Translations under genes and position numbers: made by a program | From: Armatimonadota bacterium | GTDB lineage: Bacteria; Armatimonadota; UBA5829; DSUL01 | NCBI GenBank assembly: GCA_025998755.1 | Contig: AP024674.1 | Coordinates: forward strand, 956,004 to 1,020,003 | Direction: 5' to 3' | DNA length: 64,000 nucleotides | Notes under the pieces: model-generated | Seen by the model: only the letters and a program-made list of their open reading frames with translations | The model's database searches: none | Told to the model about the DNA's origin: nothing | Shown here: positions 29,449 to 39,423 of the stretch, piece by piece | Position numbering within the stretch: position 1 is the stretch's first letter | Layout of the letters: each line of letters starts with the position of its first letter

Positions 29449-31641
29449 ATGAGAGTAGAGCCGAGGGTGTTTTCAATCTTTTGCGCCGCCGTTATTGTCA
29501 TTCTGTTCGCGGGAGGAGCTGTGGTGGCTGAAGACAGGCCTCCCATCCCACAAACGCCATCGCTGCCGGCGGAGGCGTTCCAGGTAGCTCAAGTGAGGGA
29601 CCCTGGCGCGGAGACGCCAATGGCGCGCCGGTATCTCGCACTACTCGAAGGATATCTGCCTTATATCCGCTCCAATCTCAGGGACTGGCCGCGGCTTTCC
29701 GGCTCCAAATACCACAAGCGGGATGGGAGCCAGGAGCATGCCGTCCGCCAGAACGCCACGGTGGCATACGGTTTGGCCGTACTGGGCCGCTACGGGCGGA
29801 GAGCTGATTCAGAAGAAATCATCCGGGATTGTGCCTCCTTAGTACGCTACCTTTCGGCCACCCACCGCGCAAATCAGCTGGCCACGGGAGACGGTAAACA
29901 GTGGGGAGATCAGTGGCAGAGCGCGCACTGGGCCGCCTATGCTGGAAAAGCAGCCTGGCTCATCTGGGACCGGCTGGATGACAATACCCGGCAGATGGCC
30001 GCGCGAATGGTGATTCACGAGGCAGACCGCTTCAACGAACGCCCGCCCGATGACGGGGAATGGAAAGACACGAAAGCCGAGGAGAACGCGTGGAACTCCC
30101 AGGCTCCAGCGCTGGCAACATGCATGTTCCCGCACCATCCCCGCGCCGCATTGTGGGATGAACGGGCGCGCCTGTATATGATGAATTCCTTCTCTGTCCG
30201 TGCAGATCACCGGGACACCACCGAAGTGGACGGCCGCCCCGTAAAGGACTGGGTGACCACGGTCTGCCTTCACGACGACTTCACACTGGAGAATCACGCC
30301 CGAGTTCACCCGGACTACATGGGCGCAGGGACACTCCAGCTCCGCAATGGTCTGGTCTACCTCAGCGCGGCACGGGATATTCCCCGTTCCTGTTTCCATC
30401 ACATCCCTGATGTGCTCCAGGTGTTCAAGCTGCTGGTCTCGCCCCAGGGCTCAAGCTTTTACGTGAACGGGCAGGACTGGTGGCCGCACCGTCACGACGT
30501 GCCGCTTGCCTTCGGCGGATTTGCTGGAGCCTTCCTGCACGATGCAGATGCCGCCCGGATGGAGCAGGACGCCCTGGAGTCGCTGGAGAAACTGCACTCC
30601 CGCTTCCCTGACGGGCGCGCTTTTCACCCCCGCGAGTACAACTATCCCAATGTGGAGGAAGAGCTCATTGCTCGATACAGCGAGCTTTACCTGACGCACT
30701 GCTTCTGCGGTGATACTCCGCCTACCCCCCGCGCAGAGTTCGACCGCAGATTACGCGGGGCCCGGATATTCGAAGCTGGAGGATTCGTGATAGACCGCTC
30801 CGCGGAGCGGTTTGCCTCGTTCGCCTGGGTAAACGGAGCTATGGGCCTGGTGTATCCGCGAGGAGACACCTACTTCACGTCTCCCGACACCTCCAGCCTG
30901 CTCGGAAAAATAACAATCCGGAATGCGACGGACTCTGTGCCCCAGGTCACCACCAGAACCGCTCGGGTGCTGGACCCGGAGCAGGGAGGGTTTGCCGTTG
31001 CTGGCCGCTTCCTGCGCTGCGAGGGCAAGGTGGCCCAGGATGCCGCCATGGTAAGCCTGCCGTCCGGGCCAGTCCTTTACATAGAACGGTTGACAGCCCT
31101 GGAAGACGTTACTCTGGAAGAAGCGGCCACCGGCACGTTTGTCATCCTCAACGAGGACGCGCCACCGCTCGCCTGCAACCGTCGGATACTCACGACCGCA
31201 GAAGGAACCCGGCAGGTATCAGGTCTGGCAGACATTCCGGATGAGACATTCGTAATTGCCGCAACCTTCGCGGATGTGGACGGCAAACTCGTTGTGCGCA
31301 CGGCCCCGGCCGGGCAGATGCGCTATCTTGCCCGCCATGCGTACCGGTCGAGCCGCCTGGACCAGGAGCTCGCCTCATTCTACACTCCCGGACCGGTGTC
31401 CATACCAGCTGGAAGGACTTTCTCGGAGCGTGCCCTGGCGGCGTTTACCTCTTGCGAAGGCCCAGAGGCTCCGCAGCCTGTGCTTAGGCGCTTCGGGTCC
31501 CCCTTGGTGGCTGTAGAAGCGGCAGGTCGGCTTGTGGCGGTCAACTTCGGCCATTCCACAGTCACACTCTCCCTGTTCGGAGAGCAAAAGACACTGGAGC
31601 CCTTCGGAGTAGCGGTGTGGATGGTCCCGCAGGCTCTCTGA
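29449..31641 (+). CDS. Secreted hypothetical protein (730 aa), possibly polysaccharide lyase/hydrolase-like
   Basis: Signal/anchor helix IFCAAVIVILFAGGAVVA and long uninterrupted coding frame. The helical N-half and beta-rich C-half are compatible with toroid+sandwich enzymes, but I recognised no catalytic motif. Confidence 0.6.
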   Translation: MRVEPRVFSIFCAAVIVILFAGGAVVAEDRPPIPQTPSLPAEAFQVAQVRDPGAETPMARRYLALLEGYLPYIRSNLRDWPRLSGSKYHKRDGSQEHAVRQNATVAYGLAVLGRYGRRADSEEIIRDCASLVRYLSATHRANQLATGDGKQWGDQWQSAHWAAYAGKAAWLIWDRLDDNTRQMAARMVIHEADRFNERPPDDGEWKDTKAEENAWNSQAPALATCMFPHHPRAALWDERARLYMMNSFSVRADHRDTTEVDGRPVKDWVTTVCLHDDFTLENHARVHPDYMGAGTLQLRNGLVYLSAARDIPRSCFHHIPDVLQVFKLLVSPQGSSFYVNGQDWWPHRHDVPLAFGGFAGAFLHDADAARMEQDALESLEKLHSRFPDGRAFHPREYNYPNVEEELIARYSELYLTHCFCGDTPPTPRAEFDRRLRGARIFEAGGFVIDRSAERFASFAWVNGAMGLVYPRGDTYFTSPDTSSLLGKITIRNATDSVPQVTTRTARVLDPEQGGFAVAGRFLRCEGKVAQDAAMVSLPSGPVLYIERLTALEDVTLEEAATGTFVILNEDAPPLACNRRILTTAEGTRQVSGLADIPDETFVIAATFADVDGKLVVRTAPAGQMRYLARHAYRSSRLDQELASFYTPGPVSIPAGRTFSERALAAFTSCEGPEAPQPVLRRFGSPLVAVEAAGRLVAVNFGHSTVTLSLFGEQKTLEPFGVAVWMVPQAL

Positions 31642-31786
31642 TGTTCCCGGCACTCGGCCACGGCGATCTGCGACACGGCTAGCCTATGGATAACTGCCAG
31701 GAAGGGATGTATAGCGCCGCATTTCCCACTTTCCGGCTTTCATGCTTGCAATTCCGTGTGGATTCCTCGCAAAGGACACAAGTCTC

Positions 31787-32509
31787 TCACATCTCCATCC
31801 AGAGGGGCACCAGTCGCCTCGCATCTCGAAGCTCCGCGCGCAGGCTGGCATAGTCCGGATCGAAGGAGCGCACCAGTTCATAGAAGCGCTCGGAATGGTT
31901 CAGGTGAACGGTGTGACACAGTTCGTGGATCATCACGTGCCGCACCAGGTGCGAAGGAACAAAAAGGAGACGGGCGCTGAGATTGATCTTGCGCATCCGG
32001 GAACAGCTTCCCCACCTTGTCCGTGCGGAGTTCACCGAGCATCCCGCATAACTGAGCCCAGTTTCGCAGGCTACACGGTCAAGCCAAGAAGGCAGCACCT
32101 GCCAAGCCTTTCGCATCACCCACCTGCGCAGGAGCACCCTGCAGAGCTCGTCGTTTCGAATGTCGCACAGGACGCGCAGCCGGCCATCCTCTTCCCGCAG
32201 AATGGCTCGTCCCGAAGCGCCGTCCGGCTGCCAGATCAAGGGAACACACTGTCCCAGCGCCGCCAATTGAATGCAGTCCGGAAGTGATGCATGCTGCGTG
32301 CCCTGCTCTGCCTCTTTCCGGGCGCGCAGAGCATCTTGACGAGCCAGAATCCAGGCGCGCTGCTTGTGCAGGATTTGCGGAAGAACTCCGGGATCGAAAC
32401 CCAGCGGAACGGTGACCACCACGCGGCCCTGAGCATCCACGCGGATCCTCACCCTCCGGGCGCGAGGATGCACCCTGACCTGATAGCCCTCCCAGGGCGG
32501 CACGCTCAT
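31787..32509 (-). CDS. YgjP-like metal-dependent hydrolase (DUF45, M48-related)
   Basis: WGSCS ... INLSARLLFVPSHLVRHVMIHELCHTVHLNHSERF, i.e. an HExxH zinc motif in typical DUF45 context. Confidence 0.8.
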   Translation of the reverse strand: MSVPPWEGYQVRVHPRARRVRIRVDAQGRVVVTVPLGFDPGVLPQILHKQRAWILARQDALRARKEAEQGTQHASLPDCIQLAALGQCVPLIWQPDGASGRAILREEDGRLRVLCDIRNDELCRVLLRRWVMRKAWQVLPSWLDRVACETGLSYAGCSVNSARTRWGSCSRMRKINLSARLLFVPSHLVRHVMIHELCHTVHLNHSERFYELVRSFDPDYASLRAELRDARRLVPLWMEM

Positions 32510-32647
32510 GGCTTTCCTGATGTCCAGGCGAAATCGGGTATAATCTGCTCGTCAGGCTGGATGTAGCGAAGGGCCTGCCGTCGGCAGGCCCCCCTGGAAA
32601 AGCCCGGAAAGACCTCCAAACATTACCGGGTGATGGAGGTAACAAAC

Positions 32648-32863
32648 TCAGGCGGGACGGACGACCTTTCCGGCCTTGATGCACTTGGTGCAAACGCGCA
32701 CCCGCCGAGGCGTGCCGTTTACCATCATCCGGACCGGCTGAAGGTTGGGCAGCCAGCGGCGCTTAGTGCGAGGAGCCCGAAGGGCCCAGGAGCCGGAATG
32801 CTGGTGCCTGATATTCTGACCGAACTGCGCGCCCTTTCCGCAGATTGCGCAAGAAACTGCCAT
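32648..32863 (-). CDS. rpmB: 50S ribosomal protein L28
   Basis: 71 aa: MAVSCAICGKGAQFGQNIRHQHSG ... RRWLPNLQ ... VCTKCIKAGKV. The ATG at 32863 is preferred over the longer track ORF. Confidence 0.9.
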   Translation of the reverse strand: MAVSCAICGKGAQFGQNIRHQHSGSWALRAPRTKRRWLPNLQPVRMMVNGTPRRVRVCTKCIKAGKVVRPA

Positions 32864-32964
32864 CGGGCCTGATATCCTTTCGAGATAAAGGGAATCTAAT
32901 CGGGATTCCGGACGCAAAACGTCCGTATCCCGGTAAAGAGTATTCCTCAACGGATCGAAAGACT

Positions 32965-32994
32965 ACTTTACCACAGCCGGCTGCCCTGTCGCAA
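32965..32994 (-). promoter_or_regulatory. Candidate rpmB promoter preceding a ~95-nt structured leader
   Basis: Minus strand TTGCGA, 18-nt spacer, TAAAGT. The leader contains the nested hairpin CGGGAT-AC-GGACG-TTTTG-CGTCC-GGA-ATCCCG (32901-32932). Confidence 0.35.
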
Positions 32995-33023
32995 CCGATG
33001 GAGCAAGCTCGTAAACCGGTGCA

Positions 33024-34193
33024 ATGAACGTCTCGGAAAGCCGGATCTCTGAACTGGTCCGCACGTCGCGGCCCTTATTGCCTTCTGACACCGTCTCCAG
33101 AGCGGTGGGGCTCCTGCGCGCATCTGGCGGTTCTGCGGCCCCCGTGGTGTCCGGAATGCAGGTGGTGGGAATGGTCCGCGAGTCCGATCTGCTCCCGATG
33201 CTTGCCGCATCGGCAAACGGGTCGGGAAAGGACGTGGACTCCTTACCTCCCATCGTGGAGTTGATGAGTCCCGTGGAGGGTTTTCTCCGGCCCGATGCCA
33301 CCATCCGGGAGGCTGCCGAAGCGTTCTGGCGGACAGGAGCAGAGGCTCTCCCCGTTGTCACGGAACACGGCGCCTATGCGGGCTATCTTCTCCGCTCCGA
33401 TATCACAGCAGCCCTCTCCAATGCCATACGCCCTCCGATGGTTGGAGGCCTGGCGACCCCGCTGGGCGTCCACCTGACATGCGGCTCGCAGCGTGGCGGT
33501 GTCGGAGACGGGGCACTGGTGCTTCTGGGGGTGATGTTCGGCCTGTTGAACATTCTCGGTTTTGTGATCGCCGGGGGAATCGCCTGGGCAGCGCAGCAAT
33601 GGCTCGGCCAGCCTCTGTATGCCGCCCTTCTGTCCGAGCCGGCGCCTCGCTGGAATCTCTATGACGCCATCGGGTATGTTGCCCTGCTTGCACCTGTGAT
33701 CACACTCCTGCTGGGCGTGCGGCTTCTTCCCGTGGCGGGCTATCATGCCGCAGAGCACCAGACCGTGCACGCCATTGAACGGGGCGAGCCGCTGGACTTC
33801 GAGACGGTGCGACGGATGCCGCGGGTTCATCCCAGGTGCGGGACGAATCTCGCGGCGGCGGCGTCCATCTTCATTGTGATGATCACCGCCTACCCCAGCC
33901 CGCTCGTAGTGTTTGCGGGTATAATGGTCGTTCTGCTGGGCTGGAGGACGATCGGCGCCTGGCTGCAGCAGTACGTCACCACAAGGCCTGCCAGCAAAAA
34001 ACAGATCGAGAGCGGCATTCAGGCCGGAAAGCAGTTGCTGGCGAACTACCGGGAAGAGGTGCTGGGCGAGCGGGAGCCCGGACGGCGCATCTGGAACCTG
34101 GGTTTCGCCCAGATCGGCGCGGGGCTTGCCGCCACGCTTCTGGCGGCAGACGCGATTGTCCGTATGGCAGGATGGCGCATTCCGTTTTTCTGA
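33024..34193 (+). CDS. CBS-pair domain fused to a DUF1385-like membrane domain
   Basis: The N-terminal ~135 aa look like two CBS repeats (VVGMVRESDLL, YAGYLLRSDI). The C-terminal part has TM helices and the DUF1385-type block GYHAAEHQTVHAIE ... VHPRCGTNL. Confidence 0.7.
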   Translation: MNVSESRISELVRTSRPLLPSDTVSRAVGLLRASGGSAAPVVSGMQVVGMVRESDLLPMLAASANGSGKDVDSLPPIVELMSPVEGFLRPDATIREAAEAFWRTGAEALPVVTEHGAYAGYLLRSDITAALSNAIRPPMVGGLATPLGVHLTCGSQRGGVGDGALVLLGVMFGLLNILGFVIAGGIAWAAQQWLGQPLYAALLSEPAPRWNLYDAIGYVALLAPVITLLLGVRLLPVAGYHAAEHQTVHAIERGEPLDFETVRRMPRVHPRCGTNLAAAASIFIVMITAYPSPLVVFAGIMVVLLGWRTIGAWLQQYVTTRPASKKQIESGIQAGKQLLANYREEVLGEREPGRRIWNLGFAQIGAGLAATLLAADAIVRMAGWRIPFF

Positions 34194-34255
34194 GACCGCT
34201 GACCGCTCTGGCCGGAGTCAGCGGCAAGACGAATCACTGAGTAAGGAAGACCGGA

Positions 34256-35941
34256 TTGGCAAAGGAGCGCATTGCTGAGGCTGTGAGGAACGCGCTGGAA
34301 AGCGCGATGCGCGACGGCGAGGTCCGCCGCGTATCTGTGCCAGTCATCGAGGTTGAGGTTCCGCGCAATCGGGATCACGGAGATTTCTCCACCAACATCG
34401 CTATGGCGCTTGCGCGCGAGGCCCAGATGCCGCCGCGGCAACTGGCTGAGGTCCTGTCGGCCCGGCTGCAGGGCGACGGGGCTCCCGCCCGGCTCATTCA
34501 GAAAGTGGAAGTTGCGGGACCAGGCTTCATCAACTTCCATCTTTCTCCCTCCTGGTTGCACGATACTCTTGTGGAAATAGAGCGGCGCGGGGACTCCTAC
34601 GGGTCCAGCGATGCGGCGAAGGGTGTAAAGGCGCTGCTGGAGTTCGTAAGCGCCAATCCAAACGGTCCCATCACGGTGGGCAGCGCCCGGGGAGGGGTCA
34701 TCGGAGACACGCTCGCGCGCCTTTATGAGCTGATGGGCGCAGAAGTGGCGCGTGAGTACTACATCAACGACGCCGCCAACTCCACCCAGATGATCAACTT
34801 CGGCAAGTCGCTGGTGGTCCGCTATCTGCAGGAGCTTGGAGTAGAGGCGCACATGCCGGAGGACGGTTACCAGGGAGCCTATGTCACGGATATCGCCCGG
34901 AAGATCGTAGCGCGGGACGGAGACCGTTACCTGAACATGCCGGAAGACGAGCGGTTGACCCTCTTCACCCGAATGGCGGAAGAGGAGATGATCGCCACCC
35001 AGAAGGCAGACCTTGCGGCCTTTGGAATCGAGTTCGACCGCTGGTTCAGCGAGCGCTCGCTTCATGAGTCCGGGAAGGTGGCCGCGGCCATCGAGAAGCT
35101 AAAGGAGCGGGGATGCGCCTACGAGAAGGACGGGGCCCTCTGGCTTAAAAGCACAGACTTCGGCGATGACAAAGACCGCGCCCTGCTACGCTCGAACGGA
35201 GCGCCTACATACATCGCCGCGGATGCAGCCTATCACGCGGACAAGTTCGACCGTGGCTTCAACCGGCTGATCAACGTCTGGGGGCCGGATCATCACGGCT
35301 ACATCGCCCGCACCAAAGCTGCTGTGGCGGCACTTGGATATCCTGCGGATGCCGTGGACATCATCATCTATCAGGCGGTGCGCCTCTTCTCCGGAGGCGA
35401 GCTTGTGATGATGAGCAAGAGGGCAGGCGACGTGATCTCGCTGGCGGAACTGATGCAGGAGGTGGGACGTGATGCCGCCCGGTTCTTCCTGCTGATGCGC
35501 AGCCACGACAGTCAGTTGGACTTCGATCTGGAGCTCGCCAGAAGCCAGTCCGATGAGAACCCGGTCTACTATGTGCAGTACGCCCACGCGCGAATCTGCT
35601 CCCTGCTTCGGAATGCGGATGAGAAAGGATTCGCGGTCCCGTCGGCAGAGTCCGCAAAACTCGAACTGCTGACCCATCCATCAGAGATCGAACTGATGAA
35701 GAAGCTGGCCGACTGGCCGGACGAGGTGGTCCGGGCGGGATTGGAGCACGAGCCGCACAGGCTGGCTGCCTTTGCGATGGATACGGCCCGTTTGTTCCAC
35801 AAGTTCTACACGGATTGCCGGGTCATGGATGAGGCCGACCGGGAGCTCAGCGGGGCGAGGCTGGTACTGGTACGCTCCTGCCGCACAGTGCTGAGCAATC
35901 TCCTCCGGACAATGGGGGTGACCGCTCCCGAGCGGATGTGA
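34256..35941 (+). CDS. argS: Arginine--tRNA ligase
   Basis: 561 aa, class I motifs SANPNGPITVGSARG (HIGH region) and MMSKRAG (KMSK), with a conserved anticodon-binding C-terminus. TTG start. Confidence 0.95.
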   Translation: MAKERIAEAVRNALESAMRDGEVRRVSVPVIEVEVPRNRDHGDFSTNIAMALAREAQMPPRQLAEVLSARLQGDGAPARLIQKVEVAGPGFINFHLSPSWLHDTLVEIERRGDSYGSSDAAKGVKALLEFVSANPNGPITVGSARGGVIGDTLARLYELMGAEVAREYYINDAANSTQMINFGKSLVVRYLQELGVEAHMPEDGYQGAYVTDIARKIVARDGDRYLNMPEDERLTLFTRMAEEEMIATQKADLAAFGIEFDRWFSERSLHESGKVAAAIEKLKERGCAYEKDGALWLKSTDFGDDKDRALLRSNGAPTYIAADAAYHADKFDRGFNRLINVWGPDHHGYIARTKAAVAALGYPADAVDIIIYQAVRLFSGGELVMMSKRAGDVISLAELMQEVGRDAARFFLLMRSHDSQLDFDLELARSQSDENPVYYVQYAHARICSLLRNADEKGFAVPSAESAKLELLTHPSEIELMKKLADWPDEVVRAGLEHEPHRLAAFAMDTARLFHKFYTDCRVMDEADRELSGARLVLVRSCRTVLSNLLRTMGVTAPERM

Positions 35942-38538
35942 GTAAAGCGATGCGTGCCGTCCGGAGTCAGGGACCGGCCGGTGCTGCAATGCGAGGTGCG
36001 ACCTTGTGCCAGGGACTGCTCAAGCTGGCGGCGTCGGCCGCGCTGCTGGCGCTTCCCGGGCTTTGCGTCAGTGCCGGGGCACGTGGCATCTATGTGGACC
36101 GGGAGGGACAGCGTCATTCCTGGCAGATCACCGACGCGAACGCGCTCATCTGGGACGGCCGGCCTTATATTCCCGTCGGAGGACAGTTCTGCCCGCGCTA
36201 TTTCGTGGAAGCACGCACAGAGGAGAACTGGCGCGCTGACGTGGAGAGTCTTCGGCAGCTCAAGGCGCGCGGAATCCTGGACATTTACATCAACCCCGTA
36301 CGCGGGGCCACCCGGATTCCCACCGCAGACTGGCAGCGCCTGATTGATGTGCTGGAGGAAGAGGGTTTCCGCTACGGGATTGAGCTGACGGATGGCCCCG
36401 ACCGACCCCTGACCGGCTGGATTGTGCGGCCCGCTGTGTATCGGAAACCCGACATCACCTCCGCTGGTAACGTAATCCTCCAGACGCCCGGGCTGCAGGG
36501 AGGAATTGCCATTCTGGCCAATCCAAAGGGAGACATCGTCGACGTTCAGGCGCTTTCTGTGTCCGGGGACACTGCCACCATCCCGGTCAGGGGCACGGAA
36601 CAGGACCGGCGCATCCTGCTTGTCTATCCGTTGAAATCAGTAGACCCGGCCCGCGACGGCTTGCAGAACTTCTGGGAGGGTTACAGCGAATATCGGGACC
36701 GCCTCATCGCTCATCTGAAGCCGCTGAAGCTTGGGGCAGGCTTCAGGTTCTGGGTGGACCCGTTCATCAACGAGATGGGACTGCGGCGAGAAGCCGAGTT
36801 CCTGATTCCGGCATCCCGCGCATACCAGGTGGAGCTGGAAGCCTGGCTGCGGAAACGTTACGCTGACTCAAGCTCTCTCGCACGAGCCTGGGGGCTGCAG
36901 GGCGAGGTGACGACTTTCGAGCAGGCCAGCCGTCTCATCCCTCTATGGAGGGACCGTAAAGGCCTAACAGCAGTCTACGACACGGCCTCTGGAAAGACCA
37001 TTAGGCTTACTACTGCCGAAAGCCGGATGTGGGAGGACCTTCTCAGCTTTCGCACTCACTCCATTCGGGGATATCTGAACAGCGCAGCGCAAGTGCTGAA
37101 ACGGGAGATAGCCGACGTCCCTGTAGTGGTGAAATGGACGTCTAACTACGAGTTCCTGATTAACGATGACCCGTCCGGCTTCGATGGGCTGGGCGTCGAG
37201 GCCTACGGCTCCCCCTCAGAGATCGGGCCTTTCGCGGGAGCGCAATGCCTGGCCCTGGCGAAGCAGTCTTCGCGGCCAGTATGGCTTGTAGCTACGGAGA
37301 TCCAGACCACATCCTCTGAGCGCAAAGAGCACCGCGGCTTCCGGAGCGCAGACGAGCTGACGGCGTGTCTTATTGCCCTGAAAGACGCCGGAGCCAAAGG
37401 TTTCTTTGTCTTCGGACTGCGGCTATCGCCTCCGTGGACAAACTTCGACCTGTTGGAGACGCCAGAGCAGTTGGACTGGCTGGCATCGTTCCGCGACCGG
37501 CTGGAAATGGAGCCACTCCTGCACGAGTGGTCGCCGCGCGCCGTATGGTTCTCGTTCCGCAACCCTCTGGGTGCGGATATACGGCGGTTGGAGCGCGATC
37601 TCTGGTGGCTGGGAGGCCAGATGGAAGCTCAGGAGGTGTATGTTGAGCCTGGCGTGCGGGCATTCAGCCTGCCGGACCCCGAAGGCGAAGCTGTCTACAT
37701 CTGGGTGGACGGGCCTCCTCGTAGCGTTGAGATCCACGCTCCTCCCGGAGTAGAACCGGCCGTGCATTTCACCGGACCGGATGAACGCAAAGTGACCCGG
37801 ACCAAAAACACGGTTCGCATCCCTTTGACCCGCGACCCCGCCATTGTGCGCGGTCTGGCTCCTTCTCAGTTTATCAGTCGTGATGCCCTCATCTCACAGG
37901 CCGAGGCTTTGGCAGGTCTGATCAGGCGGGCGGAAACGCAGAACGTGCTCGTGGGGCAATACAGAATGGCCCTCGAAAATGCGCAGGCCATGATCAAGGG
38001 AGACCGGCTGATGCTAGCTCGCTCGACCCTGGCGCGGGCGCTTGAGGAGCTCCAGACGCTGGTAGCGCCCTTTGCCTGGGTGGAGGCTGAGGATGCCGCC
38101 GAGGCAAGCTTCACCGCCACAGGTTACCATCCCGGCGCAAGCGGCACGCGGTATCTCAAGCTGGACACTCCTGATGCGCCGCCCCTGGCCCCCTATAGCG
38201 CATCATACGCCTTTTTCGTGCCGGTGGAAGGCGATTATCAGGTTTGGCTGGCAGGTTCACAGCTTGACTCTCCGGAAACCAGTCCCCTCTCCTGGAACCT
38301 GGACAGTTCCGAATGGACCCGCGTTGGGGGCATCTCCCCGACAGGCAACTCTTACGGCCCAGGCTTCCGCTGGACGCGGTTGGGGACGGCGCGCCTGGCA
38401 GCCGGAAAACACGTGATCCGTATCCGCGCGGAAGCCCCGGCGCCCGCCACCGGCCAATGGTCCGTAACGCTGGATGCTCTTCTGGTAACGCGTGAGGCAT
38501 TCGCGCCGGACGGCGCCCGGAGGCCAGCACTCCGATGA
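35938..38538 (+). CDS. Secreted hypothetical protein with glycosidase-like core and C-terminal carbohydrate-binding-like module
   Basis: Signal-like LLKLAASAALLALPGLCVSA. The C-terminal ~140 aa (WVEAEDAAEASFTATGY ... RWTRLGTARLAAGKHVIRI) resemble CBM6/35-type modules. The start is ambiguous (35938-35977) and the first candidate overlaps the argS stop. Confidence 0.6.
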   Translation: MSKAMRAVRSQGPAGAAMRGATLCQGLLKLAASAALLALPGLCVSAGARGIYVDREGQRHSWQITDANALIWDGRPYIPVGGQFCPRYFVEARTEENWRADVESLRQLKARGILDIYINPVRGATRIPTADWQRLIDVLEEEGFRYGIELTDGPDRPLTGWIVRPAVYRKPDITSAGNVILQTPGLQGGIAILANPKGDIVDVQALSVSGDTATIPVRGTEQDRRILLVYPLKSVDPARDGLQNFWEGYSEYRDRLIAHLKPLKLGAGFRFWVDPFINEMGLRREAEFLIPASRAYQVELEAWLRKRYADSSSLARAWGLQGEVTTFEQASRLIPLWRDRKGLTAVYDTASGKTIRLTTAESRMWEDLLSFRTHSIRGYLNSAAQVLKREIADVPVVVKWTSNYEFLINDDPSGFDGLGVEAYGSPSEIGPFAGAQCLALAKQSSRPVWLVATEIQTTSSERKEHRGFRSADELTACLIALKDAGAKGFFVFGLRLSPPWTNFDLLETPEQLDWLASFRDRLEMEPLLHEWSPRAVWFSFRNPLGADIRRLERDLWWLGGQMEAQEVYVEPGVRAFSLPDPEGEAVYIWVDGPPRSVEIHAPPGVEPAVHFTGPDERKVTRTKNTVRIPLTRDPAIVRGLAPSQFISRDALISQAEALAGLIRRAETQNVLVGQYRMALENAQAMIKGDRLMLARSTLARALEELQTLVAPFAWVEAEDAAEASFTATGYHPGASGTRYLKLDTPDAPPLAPYSASYAFFVPVEGDYQVWLAGSQLDSPETSPLSWNLDSSEWTRVGGISPTGNSYGPGFRWTRLGTARLAAGKHVIRIRAEAPAPATGQWSVTLDALLVTREAFAPDGARRPALR

Positions 38539-39389
38539 GCGCTTCCGATCCCGGAACCTCGTCCGCCCCACCGCACAGGCCCCGCTTGATCTGGGCCATT
38601 CGCCGCGCAGCGGGCGACTTCTACGACCGTTTGGGGCTTATGGTCCTGGCAAGCGCGGTAATGATGCTGTTTCCGGCCATGGCCGTGATGGCCGGCCAAG
38701 CCCTGAGGTCAGTGGCTGGTCCGACTGCGACGGGCATGGCAATGTTCCTGCTCGCCTGGTACGGGCTGGCCTGCGGTTGGGGAGTCAACATTCTGATTGC
38801 GCACAGGATCGCCTATTTTCTGGATCCCGGCCCTGATGCCTTTCGTGACTTCGCTCGGACGTTTCTCTGGCCTTCTCTGAAGCTTGGCACTCTGCAGCTT
38901 GTGCTGACAATGGTGATGCTGGTGGACGCCGCGTTCTTCCTTTCCCGCTCTTCGCTTCTCCTGAAGATTGCGGGCATGCTGATGGCGTACCTTCTCCTTC
39001 TCTGGCTCCTGATGCAGGTGTGGCAGTGGCCGTTTCTCATCACCGAGGAAGGCGGGGTCTGGAAGGCCGTCAGGAAGTCCGGCCTTCTGCTGCTGGATAA
39101 TCCGTTCTTCACACTGGGGACATTCTCGGTTACAATGACCGCCGGAGCGCTCCTCTTGTTGTCCGGCATCGGCGCTGTCGTGGCGCTGGGAGGACTGGGG
39201 GCCTGCTTTATCGTGCGGGCGCACCGCGAACTCCTGATGAAGTACGGCGTAGTCGAAGACGAGCCGGAAGTCATCGAAGACACGGGATGGCCTTCCTCGA
39301 ACGAGCCACCCCGGCGGCTGAACCCGCGGGATTACTTCCGGGAACCGGACGCGGGCGGTGACGCGGGCGCAAAGCATCCGCCCGGTTGA
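38535..39389 (+). CDS. Polytopic membrane protein, unknown function
   Basis: 284 aa with 5-6 hydrophobic helices. The ATG overlaps the upstream stop (ATGA). Confidence 0.6.
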   Translation: MSASDPGTSSAPPHRPRLIWAIRRAAGDFYDRLGLMVLASAVMMLFPAMAVMAGQALRSVAGPTATGMAMFLLAWYGLACGWGVNILIAHRIAYFLDPGPDAFRDFARTFLWPSLKLGTLQLVLTMVMLVDAAFFLSRSSLLLKIAGMLMAYLLLLWLLMQVWQWPFLITEEGGVWKAVRKSGLLLLDNPFFTLGTFSVTMTAGALLLLSGIGAVVALGGLGACFIVRAHRELLMKYGVVEDEPEVIEDTGWPSSNEPPRRLNPRDYFREPDAGGDAGAKHPPG

Positions 39390-39423
39390 CGGGCAAAACT
39401 CTCTGGAGTCTACAGAACGAGAT

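Noticed and set aside
34194-34255. T-box leaders upstream of argS (34194-34255) and alaS (40366-40411)
   Set aside because: These intergenic regions are only about 45-60 nt, far too short for a T-box, and no specifier or T-box sequence is seen.
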